Source of the DNA: Octopus vulgaris
Taxonomy: Eukaryota
Length of the DNA: 64,000 bases
NCBI GenBank assembly: GCA_951406725.2
Contig: OX597814.1
Span: forward strand, 42,656,001-42,720,000
Direction: 5' to 3'
Both the position numbers and the translations under genes were made by a program. This document shows, piece by piece, positions 38,404 to 52,699 of this stretch. The notes under the pieces were generated by a model. The model was not told where the DNA came from. It was given only the letters and a program-made list of their open reading frames with translations, and searched no databases. The stretch's first letter is position 1. Each line of letters begins with the position of its first letter.

Positions 38404-39659
38404 TGTGTGTGTTCACTATATTTGAATGGAGTATAAAATGCAAACAATATCTGCCTATGAATTGAATTATTTTGCTGAAATCATTCTATGTAAGAAGGGA
38501 CCGGAAGAATATAAAGCATTCATATGTAACAAAAAACCTAAACAAAGAATTCCAATTCAATGCGAGATAAGCAACTGGCAATCAGTTCAGAACATTTTAA
38601 GCAGTGAACAGCATTTGAATCGCAGTAAATTAATTTTCTAAAAATATCCATCCAAAGCTGTTTAAATCCATCACAGTGAAAATATTTCTAACTGTGCACG
38701 TCTATAACTAATTTAAGCATTTAGATAGAAATCATTCTACAGAAAATTATCCTTGTGCGTTAGGTTGCTGTATGACTCAGCTGTACTTCAATAACTTCAT
38801 AATTAATGCGTAGAGGACGGATGAAACATCAATTGGAACTGTAAACTTGTAACCCTCTTCCGGAAGACTTAATCTCTCCAGCCATCTTCTTGAAGATGTA
38901 AATCACTAATTTATCATCGGTTTTAAGCGCATAAATCTAAACTAATCTAAGGATGAGAAATAAACACATAATCACATGCATATCAAATTCAGTGGCTAAC
39001 GATGGTAAGTGCAATAGACCCTGAATACAAATTCATACATACGCAATCAAACGCACATATATATATATATATATACATGTATGCGTGCATGCGTGTTTGT
39101 ACGGAGTTGTGCAAATGCAACGCGTAGGCAGTTAACCTGTGACGGAATTCGTACGTTGATTACATAAGGGTAAGATTATAAAGCTTTGAAACTGCTCGAA
39201 ACAGGGAGCTCGGAACATTCAAATTGGTCATAAATTATTGCTTTGAAAATACGACCATTCTCATACACCGCAGATGGAAGCCTACACCAGATATGTTGAG
39301 GACTTGCATCATTGAGAATTTTTTTTAAAAATGAGAGGAAACCTATGAAACATTTTCACAGATATGAAGAAGGTATGTTACACAAACGGTTCCTAACTGA
39401 GTAAATTCCACTCCGCTATGAACAGCTTTTCATTTTAATCTCTTTTTGTATTTTTTGTATTGTAGGGAGTACAGTCGTTCACACTCTCACTGACTTATAT
39501 ATATATATATATATATTATCCTTTATTCTGATATATATATATATATATGCGTACCTGTGCATATACGTGTACATACTCAGATGCATATATATTTACAAGT
39601 GATTATGATGATGATGAGGTGGAAGAGGTCGAGGAGGGGAGGGAGAGAAAGATAAAGAT

Positions 39660-40340
39660 GATGCCGGTTGTCCACTCGTCACGCAAGAAGGCCATCACTG
39701 ACAATTGCCCAAGCCAAATTCCAGCAAAGGCTGTACATGAGGTTATTTCACCAACAATTGGCTTCCTCCGGGTTCACGTACGCAGCTTTATGCTTACCGC
39801 CATCCTACACGACGTAAGATCGGACAGGCGATTGCACAATCTAAAATATTGAGTCAAATAAGGCTTGCACAACTCACAGACCCTCTTCATCCTACTGACA
39901 GGATCCAAAGACAGACAAGGCAATGCATCAAATGTCAATATGGGTCGCAGTCTCAGGAATGTGGAAGTGTCATAATCACAAGCGCAAGCAAAATATCCCC
40001 AAAATTTTTAATGCCATTCCCTGCATATTTGGCTTTTATAGCAGAGTGGCCTTCTCGTGGAGACACGCGTTAACAAAAGCTAAAAGACGCCTCACATCCA
40101 GTGATCTTCCTGCACGCCGGATCCCAATCTGGAATTTCTGAAGGCCTTGCTATTGCTAGAGATTCGTTGAACCCACACTATCCTTTCGACAAGCTTTGGT
40201 TTTAGTTCTGCTCGTCTTCTAGCAATGCCCCTCACCAGGCAAGCTTGGTGGTGGTGGTTCCCTTTCTACTCACCAATGACTCGATTGTGGAACAGGTTGT
40301 ACAGTATTCCACTTTACTAGAATCAGTTATGAGTGACCTG
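39660..40340 (-). mobile_element. Possible non-LTR retrotransposon 3' fragment
   Basis: GC-richer block; minus strand near 39925-39990 gives CLR..PETATHI..C across a frameshift (CCHC-like). Confidence 0.35.
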
Positions 40341-40440
40341 AAATCTACCATCTACATACATATAAGCATACATACATACACACATGCAGACATACATACA
40401 TGCATACATACATACATACATACATACATACATACATACA

Positions 40441-40472
<32 letters not shown>

Positions 40473-40490
40473 CAAACATATATATATATA

Positions 40491-40634
40491 TATGAATGCG
40501 ATAAAGAAGAAAATGGAGAAATTGCCATGCGAACATCAGTTTATTCTAAAATATTCAAATCCAGAATTGAATGTCTTTGAATAAACAGATGTTTGCATGT
40601 CAATTTCTCCAGTTTCTTCTTTTTCTCATACATA
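40491..40634. repeat. Fold-back palindrome, arms about 70 bp, adjacent to (CATA)n/(TA)n
   Basis: aaagaagaaaatggagaaattgccatgcgaacatcagtttattc versus gaataaacagatgtttgcatgtcaatttctccagtttcttcttt. Confidence 0.9.
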
Positions 40635-40763
40635 AATATTTTAAATACCTATATACATCAATGCAAAACAAATACATTTAATTTTCACCGAACACTGGTA
40701 TAACCCTGAGACCTACGATGCCAGCATCCGTAAAAGGATTACAGGTCCTTGATACAATTACAT

Positions 40764-40909
40764 ATGTGGTAAATAGGTTGCTTTCCTACCACTTGGTCCC
40801 GGGTTCAGTCGCTCTGCGTGGGAGCTTGAGCAAATGTCTTCGACTCTAGGCTCGAGCTGACCAAAGCCTTGTGGATGGATTTGGTACACGGAAGCTGAAA
40901 GTAGTCTGT

Positions 40910-40976
<67 letters not shown>

Positions 40977-41275
40977 GCGTGTGTGTGTGTGTATGTGTGT
41001 GTATGTATGTGTTTGTGTGTGTGTGTGTGTCTGTGTGTCTGTGCGTGTGAGTGTGTGTGCGTGTGCGTTTGTGTGTCTGCGTTTGTTCCCAACATCGCTT
41101 CACACTGATACTGGTTTGTTTACACCACCGTAACTTAGCGGTTTGGCATAATACATCGATAGAATAATTAGTATTCTTACAAAGAATAAGTCATAGGGTT
41201 GATTTTCTTGACTAAAGGCAGTGCTCCAGCATGGCTGCAGTCCAATGGGTGAAACAATTAAAAGAATAAAATAAT
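40764..41275 (+). mobile_element. tRNA-derived SINE with expanded internal TA/TG microsatellite
   Basis: Same head (ccgggttcagtc), body (ccaaagccttgtg..tggatttggta) and tail (ggcagtgctccagcatggctgcagtc..gaaaca) as 44729-45120. Confidence 0.88.
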
Positions 41276-41451
41276 ATATATGAAAAAACAACAAAATTTA
41301 GACAGTGTTTCACACGCTACTCGAGATCGCACATGCAATATAAATACGGAACATATGTATCCGTCTTTACATTGGCATGTACGTATATATTCCTTTAACT
41401 TTGTATTGTACACGATAGCAATTTCATTGACTTGACATTGGTGCTTTACTA

Positions 41452-42150
41452 TTGGGTTGTCCGGAAAACTCGTGCGATTTTTAAAGGAAAGAAAAAGGTC
41501 AATAAATACTTGCCATTACATTTTTAATCAACCAAATATGAACCATTTGTTTTTGGCACAATGCGTCTCCGTCTTTCCTTTAACTTGAAAATACCGTCTT
41601 CCCAGAATGAAGGTGGTTTCATGGCAAAGAATTCATCACGGTATCTTTTTACGTCATCCAAAGAATTGAAAGTTTTACCATTCAGACTATTCTGCAGAGA
41701 CCCGAATAAGTGGAAATCCGAAGGAGCAAGATCTGGTGGATATGAAGCGTGGGGTAACACATCCCCGCCGAGCTGCAGCAATTTTTGTCTGGTTCCCAAA
41801 TAAATGTGCGGTCTTGCATTATAATTTTGGAAAACAACACTCTTCCTGTTTGCCAAGACTTGATGTTTCTCCTGTATTGGAGCTTTTAACTCGTGCAGTT
41901 TTGTGCAGTATTTCTCAGAATTAATTGTCTGGTTACTTGGGAGAAGCTCATAGTACAGAATTCCTTTCCAACCCCACTAGACACAAAGCAAGAAAATTTT
42001 AGTGTGAAGACCCGCTTTTGGGGTGGCTAAGGGTGGCTCATGTCGCTTACTCCAGGATCGCTTTCTCTGAACATTTCAGTAGATAATTCATTTCTAATAA
42101 GTCGAAAGATAAGCTACTATAAATCGGCACGAACTTTCCGGACAACCCAG
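41452..42150 (-). mobile_element. Mariner deletion derivative with both TIRs and TA duplication; C-terminal transposase remnant
   Basis: TA-ttgggttgtccggaaaactcgtgcgattt ... aaatcggcacgaactttccggacaacccag-TA; ORF 41524-41856 has NARPH and YPPDLAPSDFHLF. Confidence 0.95.
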
Positions 42151-42159
42151 TATTTAAGG

Positions 42160-42824
42160 ACTTGATTCACTTGAATCCTGAACTTTGAATTCACCACCTC
42201 CCTTCATCAAAAACCAACCCCTCACATATTCCTACACACCTCCCACTTTTAACTGCCCCTCCGCTCCACTCCCCAAAATGGACACCACCTAAGTGAGAAC
42301 CACACTACAAATATCATTATACAAGCACTCACACACTATTCAACTCAATACGGGCACCTCACATTACGCATACATTCGCACACGCACGCATATAAACATG
42401 GTCTCATATATACCTTTCCATCTACACATATACTAGCACCCAACACATCCCGTACCCACATCAATTACCCTTATGCACACACCCACAAACACTCACCAGC
42501 ACTCTCACCACACATACAATTATACAAACAACCCTACACTGTTCAAATCAGAACCCACACCACACACCATTTCCACACACACTCATGTGGACATGCACTC
42601 ACACATACACCCTTACTCCACGCACACTACCATCCAAACTTCCCAACTCCTAACTCTCGTCACTCCTGTCCCACCTCGCATATATATTCAATTCCCTCAC
42701 AACACGTAGTAGTCACTCTAAAAACCACACAGAATGCTCATGCACGTAACACACCTAAACGCATACAACTTTAACACATACACATTCAGAATACGTACGC
42801 TATAGGGTCAGGCTCATGCTTAAT

Positions 42825-42893
<69 letters not shown>

Positions 42894-43405
42894 TACACAC
42901 ACACACGTGCACGCGTTACTCGAGTTGGCACACTGTAACAGCTGTATAGAAACGTTTGCACACACACACGCACACACACGATAGCCTCCCGTGCATATAG
43001 ATTTGTCCATACGCTCAGACACACGTTATTTTATGCTCGCCTACACATAGGAGGAATTACAACCGTGTTTCGTGGTCTGCTACCACAACAGCTCCTTTAT
43101 AAGATCCAGTTAGCTCAAGACATCATCAGGAGGAACCACGTCCGGTTTCACATACGTTCCTTCCATTCACGCATACACATTCACATATACACACGCGCTG
43201 GCACACATTAGTTCAGCCGGGTCATGGTTATTATCTCCCTTTCATTAAGCCTCTTCCTTTTGGTTATTTCATCATGTTGAAGCGTTATTCGCAACACATT
43301 TTCTCTCTCGCTGTTTTTTGCGTTCTCTCTCAATTTTTTTCCTCTAAAGTCCCTCTCTGTAGATGACGGTAAGCTTGAAGCGTCAAAGACTTTTCCACTC
43401 TTCAC
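42160..43405 (+). mobile_element. Probable PLE 3' non-coding region (AC-rich) ending in a decayed hammerhead at about 43350-43392
   Basis: CTGTAGA-tgacggtaagctt-GAAGCGTC-aaagac; the sequence after it resembles aaacgtaatagactt at 15388. Confidence 0.45.
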
Positions 43406-44130
43406 GGGAAGTTGGACAGAGTGGGGAATTGGTGAAGAAGATGGCAATGGTTAATAGAATAACGAATGTGGGTTGATATTGGTAGAGGTGTCCTATGTAA
43501 TACAGAGGTGTCTGAAATTGAATAGTCGGAGGTCGATAGAGAAGGGAGTATCTAATTGAGAGGGGTAGTATTAAGTGCTTTTAATTGCAGAGGAGATATT
43601 AGAAGAGGGCCATAATACCACTTGTGAGGATGGGAATATTATGGGAGAGGTGGGATGTGGAGGGTTAGAGGAATCTACAAAGATGACAATGAAAAGGAAT
43701 AGTTTAATAAGAAATGTTGCATTAACTCAGGTGGTAAATTGCTTGGTTGACCTTATCGTACCTCAAGGTTAGTTTTAATTAAAGATAATCATAATTCTCT
43801 GATTACATACATTTGATAAAATGGGCAAATGTGGAGTTGAAACTGACTTACAAGACAGTATTACATTTGAGAGTCTATTAAATAATGAAGAGTTGTGGTG
43901 GCGATATATGGTTAGCGATTACTTCAAACATGGGAACATAGAGTTTGGGATTTTAAAGAAAAGTTTGGGTAGAGATTTAACTTGAAGAGAGATAGGTGGT
44001 ACGAACCATAGGATCTGCTGCTTCTTGCCATTAGAATGGTTAGAGCGTGTCATTATAGTGGGTGGTTCTATGTCGGGATGTTTATAGTTATTATCGGTAC
44101 GAGTTGGCAAGAGGGACTGTCCAGTCAAAT
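43406..44130 (-). mobile_element. Second PLE type, RT C-terminal and linker remnant
   Basis: QILWFVPPISLQVKSLPKLFFKIPNSMFP followed by SLFNR, resembling the WFxPP...FP...FNR block of PLE reverse transcriptases; different from the LPY-type element at 1-1640. Confidence 0.65.
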
Positions 44131-44606
44131 GTGCAGGTGGATTTTGGTGTGAAATTTGGAAATTTGAATATGAATATCGATATATTTATATTTAAAACTT
44201 CGTCATCTGAAATCTTCACCTTTTGCTTTCTCTCATTCTGCATGCCTACATCTATAAATGTTATATATTTCAGACCCAAAGTATTGTATTTAATATATTT
44301 ATTATATTTAATATATTCAAATTATATAATTTCTTTATACGCATATTCGCCTCTATACTCGCTCTCATTCATCCCTGTAACAGCTATTCTTTACCTCCCA
44401 GAATCGATCCCTTGAAACATCAGCGGAGTCTAGGTTTGAATCTTTTGAGCACTACCGTCTTCTACACTAAAAATATCTCTGGATGTCATTTGTGATATAT
44501 ATATATATATATATATATGCATCAGCATGACCGCAGCTCTAAGCTGAAACAAAAAAAATATACATACGTACATATACATATATATATATATACGTATATA
44601 CATATT

Positions 44607-45120
<514 letters not shown>

Positions 45121-45167
45121 AAAAACATACATATATATACACACAGACATTTATATGAATATACGTA

Positions 45168-45390
45168 TACTCTTTTACTCTTTCATTTGTTTCTAGCATT
45201 TGACTGCGCCCATGCCGGAGCACCGCCTTCGAGTCGAACAACTCGAACCAAATACTTATTCTATCGATGTATTTTCTTGAACCGGTATATTGCGAGAGTC
45301 AACAAACCAGCATCGGTTGTTAAGCAATGGTGGGGGGATAAACACAGACACACAAACATACACAAGCACAAACCCACACACACAAACCCA
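45168..45390 (-). mobile_element. SINE 3' half, tail-to-tail with the previous copy
   Basis: tactcttttactc...catttgactgcgcccatgccggagcaccgcc. Confidence 0.85.
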
Positions 45391-45391
45391 C

Positions 45392-45467
<76 letters not shown>

Positions 45468-47180
45468 GCGAAAAAACACAAGGTCACTTACTCCATAGTT
45501 GAACCTCTAATTAACAAAATTGGCAATCTCCAAGATAATGCCAAAACCATGAATGATATACTGCAGAAACAATACGGCATTGTTTTCAACAATCTTGATA
45601 TGGCCTCTCTGGGCTGTATCAGTGACGTTCAGGCCCAACACACTATATCCGACATAACGTTTAGCGCCCCTGATGTCTTAGCTGAAGCAAACGAAATTAA
45701 GCACAATTCAGCTGTAGGCTTTTATATGTTCCCTGTTTGCGTTCGGAAGACGTGTCGACACCAACTTGCATCTCCAATTGCTACTCTGTGGGGAAGCCCA
45801 CTGGATACTTGCTATATTCCTGGAAATTTTATATTCCAGTCTCTAGTCCCAGGTTAGCAAAATGTCCTTTGAATTGAACCACTGTCAGATCTCACTCACT
45901 GCTCATATCATCAAGATATTTGAAATGGTAGTGAGATCACGAATTATCCACATTCTTGAAAACAACAGACTCTTGAACCCAACCAAAACGGATTCCGTAA
46001 TGGAAGACTGCCTAACGTAGCTCCTGCATCGCTTTGATAATAATTTGAGAGCCTTGGACGAGGGCCCCAACACCGATGTCGCCTACCTTGATTTCAGCAA
46101 GGCCTTTGACAAGGTACATCATAAAATTCTGTTTAAAAAACTATCCAACATTAGTGCCTCTGGAAAGTTTCTACAATGGATCAAGTGCAGCCTGACAGAA
46201 AAAAAAAACTAACACGCTGACTAAAATCAAGCCCAGCCAAAGTCAGTACTGGTTTTCCACAAGGCATTGTACTGGGCCCACTTCTTTTTACTATCTTCCT
46301 CTATGTCACTACTGACGTCAACATGCACAGCAACATAAGAATCTTCGCAGATGAATCCAAGCTCCAGAAGGCCATCAGTGGAGTGGGCGACTGGACATTT
46401 TTTAGATAGTCCACTTCGAAAATGAGGATATCCTAAAAATTCCATACTCCCTTCCTTCAAGTGAAACTCTAATGGCATCAAACTACATCAGTCACTTGGG
46501 AGTAATTGTAGGAAACAACATCAACTGGGCCGCTCATATAAACAGCAAGGCTGACAAGGCCCGTAGAAGGTGTTCTTGGATTCTCGGAGCTTAGCAGTCG
46601 AAAGTTATCCACACCATTAATCTTCACATCTCCATATCTGCCCGACCCTATCTTGAATACTGTTTCCACTGTGGTCTCCCCACACGGAACAAAGTGTCAT
46701 AAAAGTTGAAGTATCTCAAAGGTCAATTACAAAAAAATGATAGATGGTATGACAGGCCTTGACAATTGGCATCGACTAGAAAAGCTCAAGTTTATTCTCT
46801 CCAAATTCACCGTGAACGCTTCATTATTTGCATGATGTGGAAAATATTATATCACTATTGCCCAAATGGCGTTGTCATCACCTTTAAGGTACATCCAAGA
46901 CTTGGGCCCCGTGCCATCCGCCCACAACAAAATTATCGCACTCTCATCTCATAACAACAATACGGCACAATTCATTTCACCTCAATTGGCTCCACTTTTA
47001 ACATTACACCAAAACACATTAAAACAGAAACAGACCTCATAATGTTCAAGAAGTCTTTGTACAAATTCCTTCCAGAAATCCCGGATAAAGCTCCTAGAGT
47101 CGGAGTCTCCGTAAACAATAACGCTTTACTTGAATGATCCTTGTTTTCCGATTCCTGATTTGAATGACTTCGCCAGGTGA
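45468..47180 (+). mobile_element. CR1-group LINE copy C, 5'-truncated RT and C-terminus
   Basis: DVAYLDFSKAFDKVHH, GFPQGIVLGPLLF, IRIFADESK, VYSLQIHRERFIICMMWKI..CPN; homologous to copy A. Confidence 0.9.
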
Positions 47181-47184
47181 CATA

Positions 47185-48385
47185 CAAGGGTTTGACAAAA
47201 CAATAGAAACATCCTAAATTTCAAACAAATTAATTTTAATATGGCGTAGGGCCGCCTTTGGAAGTAAAGAAAGCCTGAATTGTGCGAGTTATGGACTCGT
47301 ACAAAGATTGAATTTTTTCCAAAGGAAATTGTGTTTATTCTCCAACTAAAATAGTCAACAGTTATTGTAGTGACGATGCTGGAGCATATCGAATCCTTAC
47401 TGACTTTTCTAAAATGCACCATAAATGATCAATAATATTGAGATTTGGGGACTTTGGTGACCAGATAAGATGTTCAACTTGTTCCTTGTGCCATTCAGTA
47501 ACAACTTTAGCTGTGTGATTTGGTGCATTATCATCATGAAATATTGCGTTTTCCCCCGGAAACAGTTCCGCGAACATAGGCTTCATTTGATTAGACAAAA
47601 TACTTAAATAATCTTGACTATTAATTCTGCCATAAAGGGAATCCAGCGGGCCAGCGGATTTCCAAGATATAGCTCACGGCCAGATTATCACAGATCATCC
47701 ACCATGTTTAACCTTTGGAAGAAAGCAGTCTGGATCAGCTTCTTTTAGCTGTCTCCACACGTATATTCGGCCGGTGGTCGAAAATAAGGTAAAACAGAAT
47801 GTCTCGTCAGAGAAAAAAGCATTCTTCTACTACTGCTCTAGGGGCCAATTCCATAGGTATTTACTCCGCGCTAAACGCTTTGCAATGGTTCTTTTTGAAA
47901 GCCGTGGTTTGCTGATTGTAGCCCACCCGTGAAATCCGGCTTTGTGTAGCTCTCGGTGAGCAGATTTTGTAGAAACTAGGTTCTCGATGTGGTTATTAAG
48001 CTCTGCAGTAAATTTGAGAGCTGTTCTTTTGTGATCCTTTCTAATAAATCGCGTAAGTGTCCAACGGTTCCTAGATGACTGCTTTGGTTTTCTTCCGGTG
48101 TTTTGTTTCGTCGAGGAGGTTTTTAGCTCTTTCTCAAACTTGTTATTACTTTAGATAAAGTATTTTTCGATACACCAAACACTTCAAGTGTTTTCGTTAC
48201 ACTAGTGCCTGCCATACGAGCACCAATAATTTGGCTTCTTTGAAAGTTAATGAATTTTAATTACGCTATTTTGATGATATCTGAAATGAAACAGCAATTT
48301 TAGCAAAACATAAGTAACACTAATAATAAATAAAAAAAACATCAAAATAATCACGCTTTCGACGGTTTTATAGATATTTCAAAAT
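47185..48385 (-). mobile_element. Tc1 transposon, near full length, decayed DD34E transposase; one TIR lost in a TA tract
   Basis: TA-caagggtttgacaaaacaatagaaacatc TIR; minus strand FSDETF, IFHDDNAPNHTAK, WSPKSPNLNIIDHLW. Confidence 0.92.
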
Positions 48386-48435
48386 ATATATATGTATGTA
48401 TGTATGTATATATATATATAAGTATGTATATATAT

Positions 48436-48515
<80 letters not shown>

Positions 48516-48704
48516 CATATATATATATCGATATATGTATGTCTATACACGCAGGTATATGTGGCGCATATATATGTATGCGTACGTACATGTGTGTGGG
48601 TGTCGGTTTGTGTGTGTGTGTACATATATGGGTAAGCGTACGTACTTGTGTCTGTGTTAGTGTGTATGTGTGTGTGCAGAAACGCATGCATACACACACA
48701 TGTA

Positions 48705-49284
48705 CCAAATATGTTTCTGGGAATGATATAGAAGTCCGCAGTTGCTAAATCTTGCGATAATATGGCGGGTACGGAAGCGATATCATGTAGTCTTTGGGTA
48801 GAAACTCATGAGTGAGGAGAGCATGGGGAAAGATCTAGTTCTTCGTGCTCCACAGGTCCGGTCCATTTCGCCGACGAATTATCGATACACAATATCACCT
48901 TTCGGCAGGTGACGGTCTTGGCAGCTGTTCCAGATTATTCGTCGTATTACATGGACATTTTTTCTCTTATGAAGCACCATGGATACTCGACACATTCAGT
49001 ACGACACATTTCGTCATCGTCGTAAGTTTGTTAAAGAATGCTCAATGACTGAGTAGCAACCTTTCCAAGTTTAGCGCAAAATTTCATGTTGGCTCTTTGT
49101 TGGTGTACATAAAAAATCGCAGACAATAGCATATACGTGATCAGAAAAACAATTTTTACAACTTGTTTGGTCACTTCGCACACAGACTCAATAACGTCAC
49201 TGCAAGATCCCACTGCCCATGCAACCGTGTACTACCATGTTTGCACATTACAGACCTAGCCCAGAAATTTTCGGTACCACTTCG

Positions 49285-49286
<2 letters not shown>
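48705..49286 (-). mobile_element. Mariner remnant
   Basis: N-terminal QQRANMKFCAKLGKVATQS; [13 protein letters not shown] near 48725-48775; TIR-like tacgaagtggtaccgaaaatttctggg. Confidence 0.8.
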
Positions 49287-49315
<29 letters not shown>

Positions 49316-49329
49316 ATGGATCGATAGAT

Positions 49330-49360
49330 ACAGATATAGATAGAAAGATAGATAGATAGG

Positions 49361-49428
<68 letters not shown>
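49330..49428. repeat. (GATA)n microsatellite
   Basis: Direct reading. Confidence 0.95.
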
Positions 49429-49429
<1 letters not shown>

Positions 49430-50375
49430 CGGTTAAGTATATATATGTGTGATGTGCAAGTGTTATCCCTTATATGCTTATGCGAATGATTTTGTAAGTT
49501 TTCATGATTCTCTTATACCACTTGGAAATTGTGTTCACTGCTATGGTACTTGTCTTCATGAAATCTCATTAAAATTTTCGACAATTTAGTATAATTTTGC
49601 TAAATGCCATTTGTTATTATAATGGTGTAATTGTTGGAAATACACAAATATTATACTTGCCTGCTTCGTCGTTTATAAATATTGCCTTATTTCGTCGCGG
49701 TATAGACATATATAGTATTATGTAACAACGTTAAGTATAAACCGTTATTAAGTGTCTCATAAATAACGAACTGATATTAATTACAAAACACCAGCTGCTG
49801 TATGTAAAGGAGGAAATATATGTTTCACAGTTCTGAAACACTGAAACATTTCTATGGAAATTTAATGTAGCTGTCACTTTAATATTGAGAATTATATTTA
49901 AAATGATCATAGCAGACATTAAAATCGAAATACGGACTCACTTTCCGATGCATAATGATAATGGGCCTTCATAACATCTATGTGTACATGAAAAGAAGTA
50001 ACATCGCACAGACATACACACGTATGAATACCTATTGTCTAATATATATTACTTGTTATTGATATACTCGTAGAATATTACGTTCCTATATTCATATATC
50101 GTTCACATTGCATCATTATCTTTGGTTTGAAGTTCAATAGTGTACAGAGCTTGTAATGGGATTAACCGAGATTACGTAAAATAATTAACATATATGTTTT
50201 CAAGGATACTTATATATGCAATAATGCTCTCAAATTCGATCCCGTTGTGTCATCTAAATATATACTTATAATGATTTTTCGAAAATTGAGGGGCGCCTAG
50301 CAATCAATGTATTTTTTGCTCACATTCTTTTCTGGCTCTATCTCGCCTACTGTATCTCTATCTTTTTCTATCGAT

Positions 50376-50423
<48 letters not shown>

Positions 50424-51149
50424 ATATCTATCTATCTATCTATCTACCTATCTGTTTACCTACCAATCTATATATGTACTGTATAAGCTGATTTATTTCG
50501 GTTTATTTTTACATACATCCGTGAATATATATGTGTGTGTCTTAGCATAAGTGCGCGTCTATTCGTATTTGCATGTGACACGTCAGTCTCACAGTAGCGA
50601 CTGCCTCTCTGCTTCTTTAAACATAGAAATGCTGATTTCATTGGTGTTATAAATGAAATGCATGTTTCTATTTTATTATTCTGTTATCGATTTCAGTCAG
50701 ATGCTTTGGGTATGTTGTGCGCCCTTATTACCACTGTTATATTTTTGACAAATTTACCGTTCTTTACACTGGAATCGGTTCTGGCAAAGTTGTAAGTTGG
50801 CCAGAGTTGTTTTCTTTGCTCTTCTAGCGCTAGTGTTCATCTGATATATCTGATAAAAAAATTGTCTTATTTTTCCCTAAACAATTCCACAACTACAACT
50901 CGGAGATGTCTGTGGCCTCTTCCAAAGGTATTGAATATTGCGGGCATTTGAACCCTATACTGTTACAGTATAAGGTTTTTACATTGGATGAAGAATGTGG
51001 AATTTTTGGTAATATTTAGTGGTAATTTGGCCCCATGATTGGTATGAATTCAATCCTAAAATTGGATAAACAATAAAATTCGAAAATCGATTCAAGTTGT
51101 TCATTATTTTTTCACTCTACAGAGAAATAGCCAAAATAGCCATGGTTAT

Positions 51150-52520
51150 ATACCAGCAATATATGTTACATATATTATATAATACCTCGAAACTGTGTGG
51201 GCTGACATCCCCGTTGGCAAGCTTTTGATGTAAATAAAGTTAACACCCTGTGTATATAAATGTGTTGCTCCAGTCTTCTGTAGCCACTGTAATTGTTGAG
51301 TATAAAAGCAGATTGGCAGTTTGCTTCTCCGGCATACTCTGGTGATAATTCGATTCGAAAATATAAGTTCATTTTTCACGGCATTTATCTCGCACTGCTT
51401 CTTTCCAAGTTTTCAGCCTAAGCTCTTTTAGCATCCGTATAGTCTATGTATGTCGCTGATGCAATCTCGGTATATATACACTCCTTCTATGTTGCGTTAA
51501 AATATTCCTGAAGGTTTGAGGTGCTCTCTATGGCCTTGTTTTCTTGTAATATCAATAGCATAGCTAATGGGAATAAGTGACTGCATGGATCTGCGCATAT
51601 GTGATAGAGAGACACGTGAGATCATAGAGCCAAGCCTTTAATCCTTAGCATCTTCTCTGCTCCTTTCTTTGAGCATATGATAACTTATTTTAATATTATG
51701 GGGCATTTACTACTTGCAAAGAAGCTCTGCAAAAATATCTGCAATTGTTTTTCCGAGAGTTTTCTACCATATGATTTTTAAAATAGCTGGAAGACCATCA
51801 GCGCCCGACATTGGGTTCAAGTTCATCTTAACAATAACCGATATTACATCCCCTTCTTTTATATCGATATATTCAATGGCTGGCGCTTGTGTGAATTGCA
51901 GATTTTGAAGTCATCATCAGGTTTGCTTCTTTACATATGGAATTATTTGTGGAGTATTTCAGTTAATCTCCTGGAGTCTGCAGTTAGTGATTCATTTTCT
52001 TCAAAGAATGGTTCTATCTTGTAGCTACCTACGTACATTAAAAACGAAAATGGATAATTTCGCTTAACATATATAGGTAACATGAGCAGGTAATAACATA
52101 TTCCGTATTAACATAATGTAACATATACAAGTGCCTTCTATACGTAGATGGATGTTGTTAATTTTTATGGATTTCAACCTTTTTTTGTATGCCTTCTTCA
52201 CTTCTGCAACATTCTTGTTACAAGCAACTTGCAGCAGTCGAGATGTTTTGTCAAAGGAGTTTGAGATCTCTTTGTTCTCTCTATATTTTCATGTTCACGG
52301 CCGCCTTCATGTTAATCAGTGCATTTTGTGCCAATTAGTACAACCTTGTACATAACATCGATAAAGCTTTTGCTGGGGTTTTTTGCGAAATATTTATCTG
52401 ATAAACCTACTATTATTCATTTAGCGTAAACATTTTGCTCATCTGATCCTTTGTCGTTTCTGTTATATCCATTTGATTTAAAGTGGAGCGTGATGCTGAT
52501 AAATTTTCCTTTTAATTAAT
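51150..52520 (-). mobile_element. Old CR1-group LINE remnant
   Basis: Minus strand SGADGLPAI..., QSFFASSKCP, KGSREDAKD (pre-RT GPDG.PA and KG...NYRP region), many stops. Confidence 0.55.
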
Positions 52521-52699
52521 GTTCATACTATATTTTGTCTTCTACAGGTAAAATCACCCAGCTTCTTAATACATTGGTAGTACAGGAACCAGCTTTCTAT
52601 TACATCATATCGAAGCGATCACATATTCATATACGTAACATTTGGTTTGTTGAATTACATTTTCTATTTCAAGAGAGTGGGAGAGTTAACGTTTCAAAG

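Noticed and set aside
43049-43135. Minus-strand CTGATGA ... gtggt/accac-GAAAC as a hammerhead
   Set aside because: The core is about 40 nt from the hairpin and its flanks are direct, not inverted, repeats, so stem I does not form.
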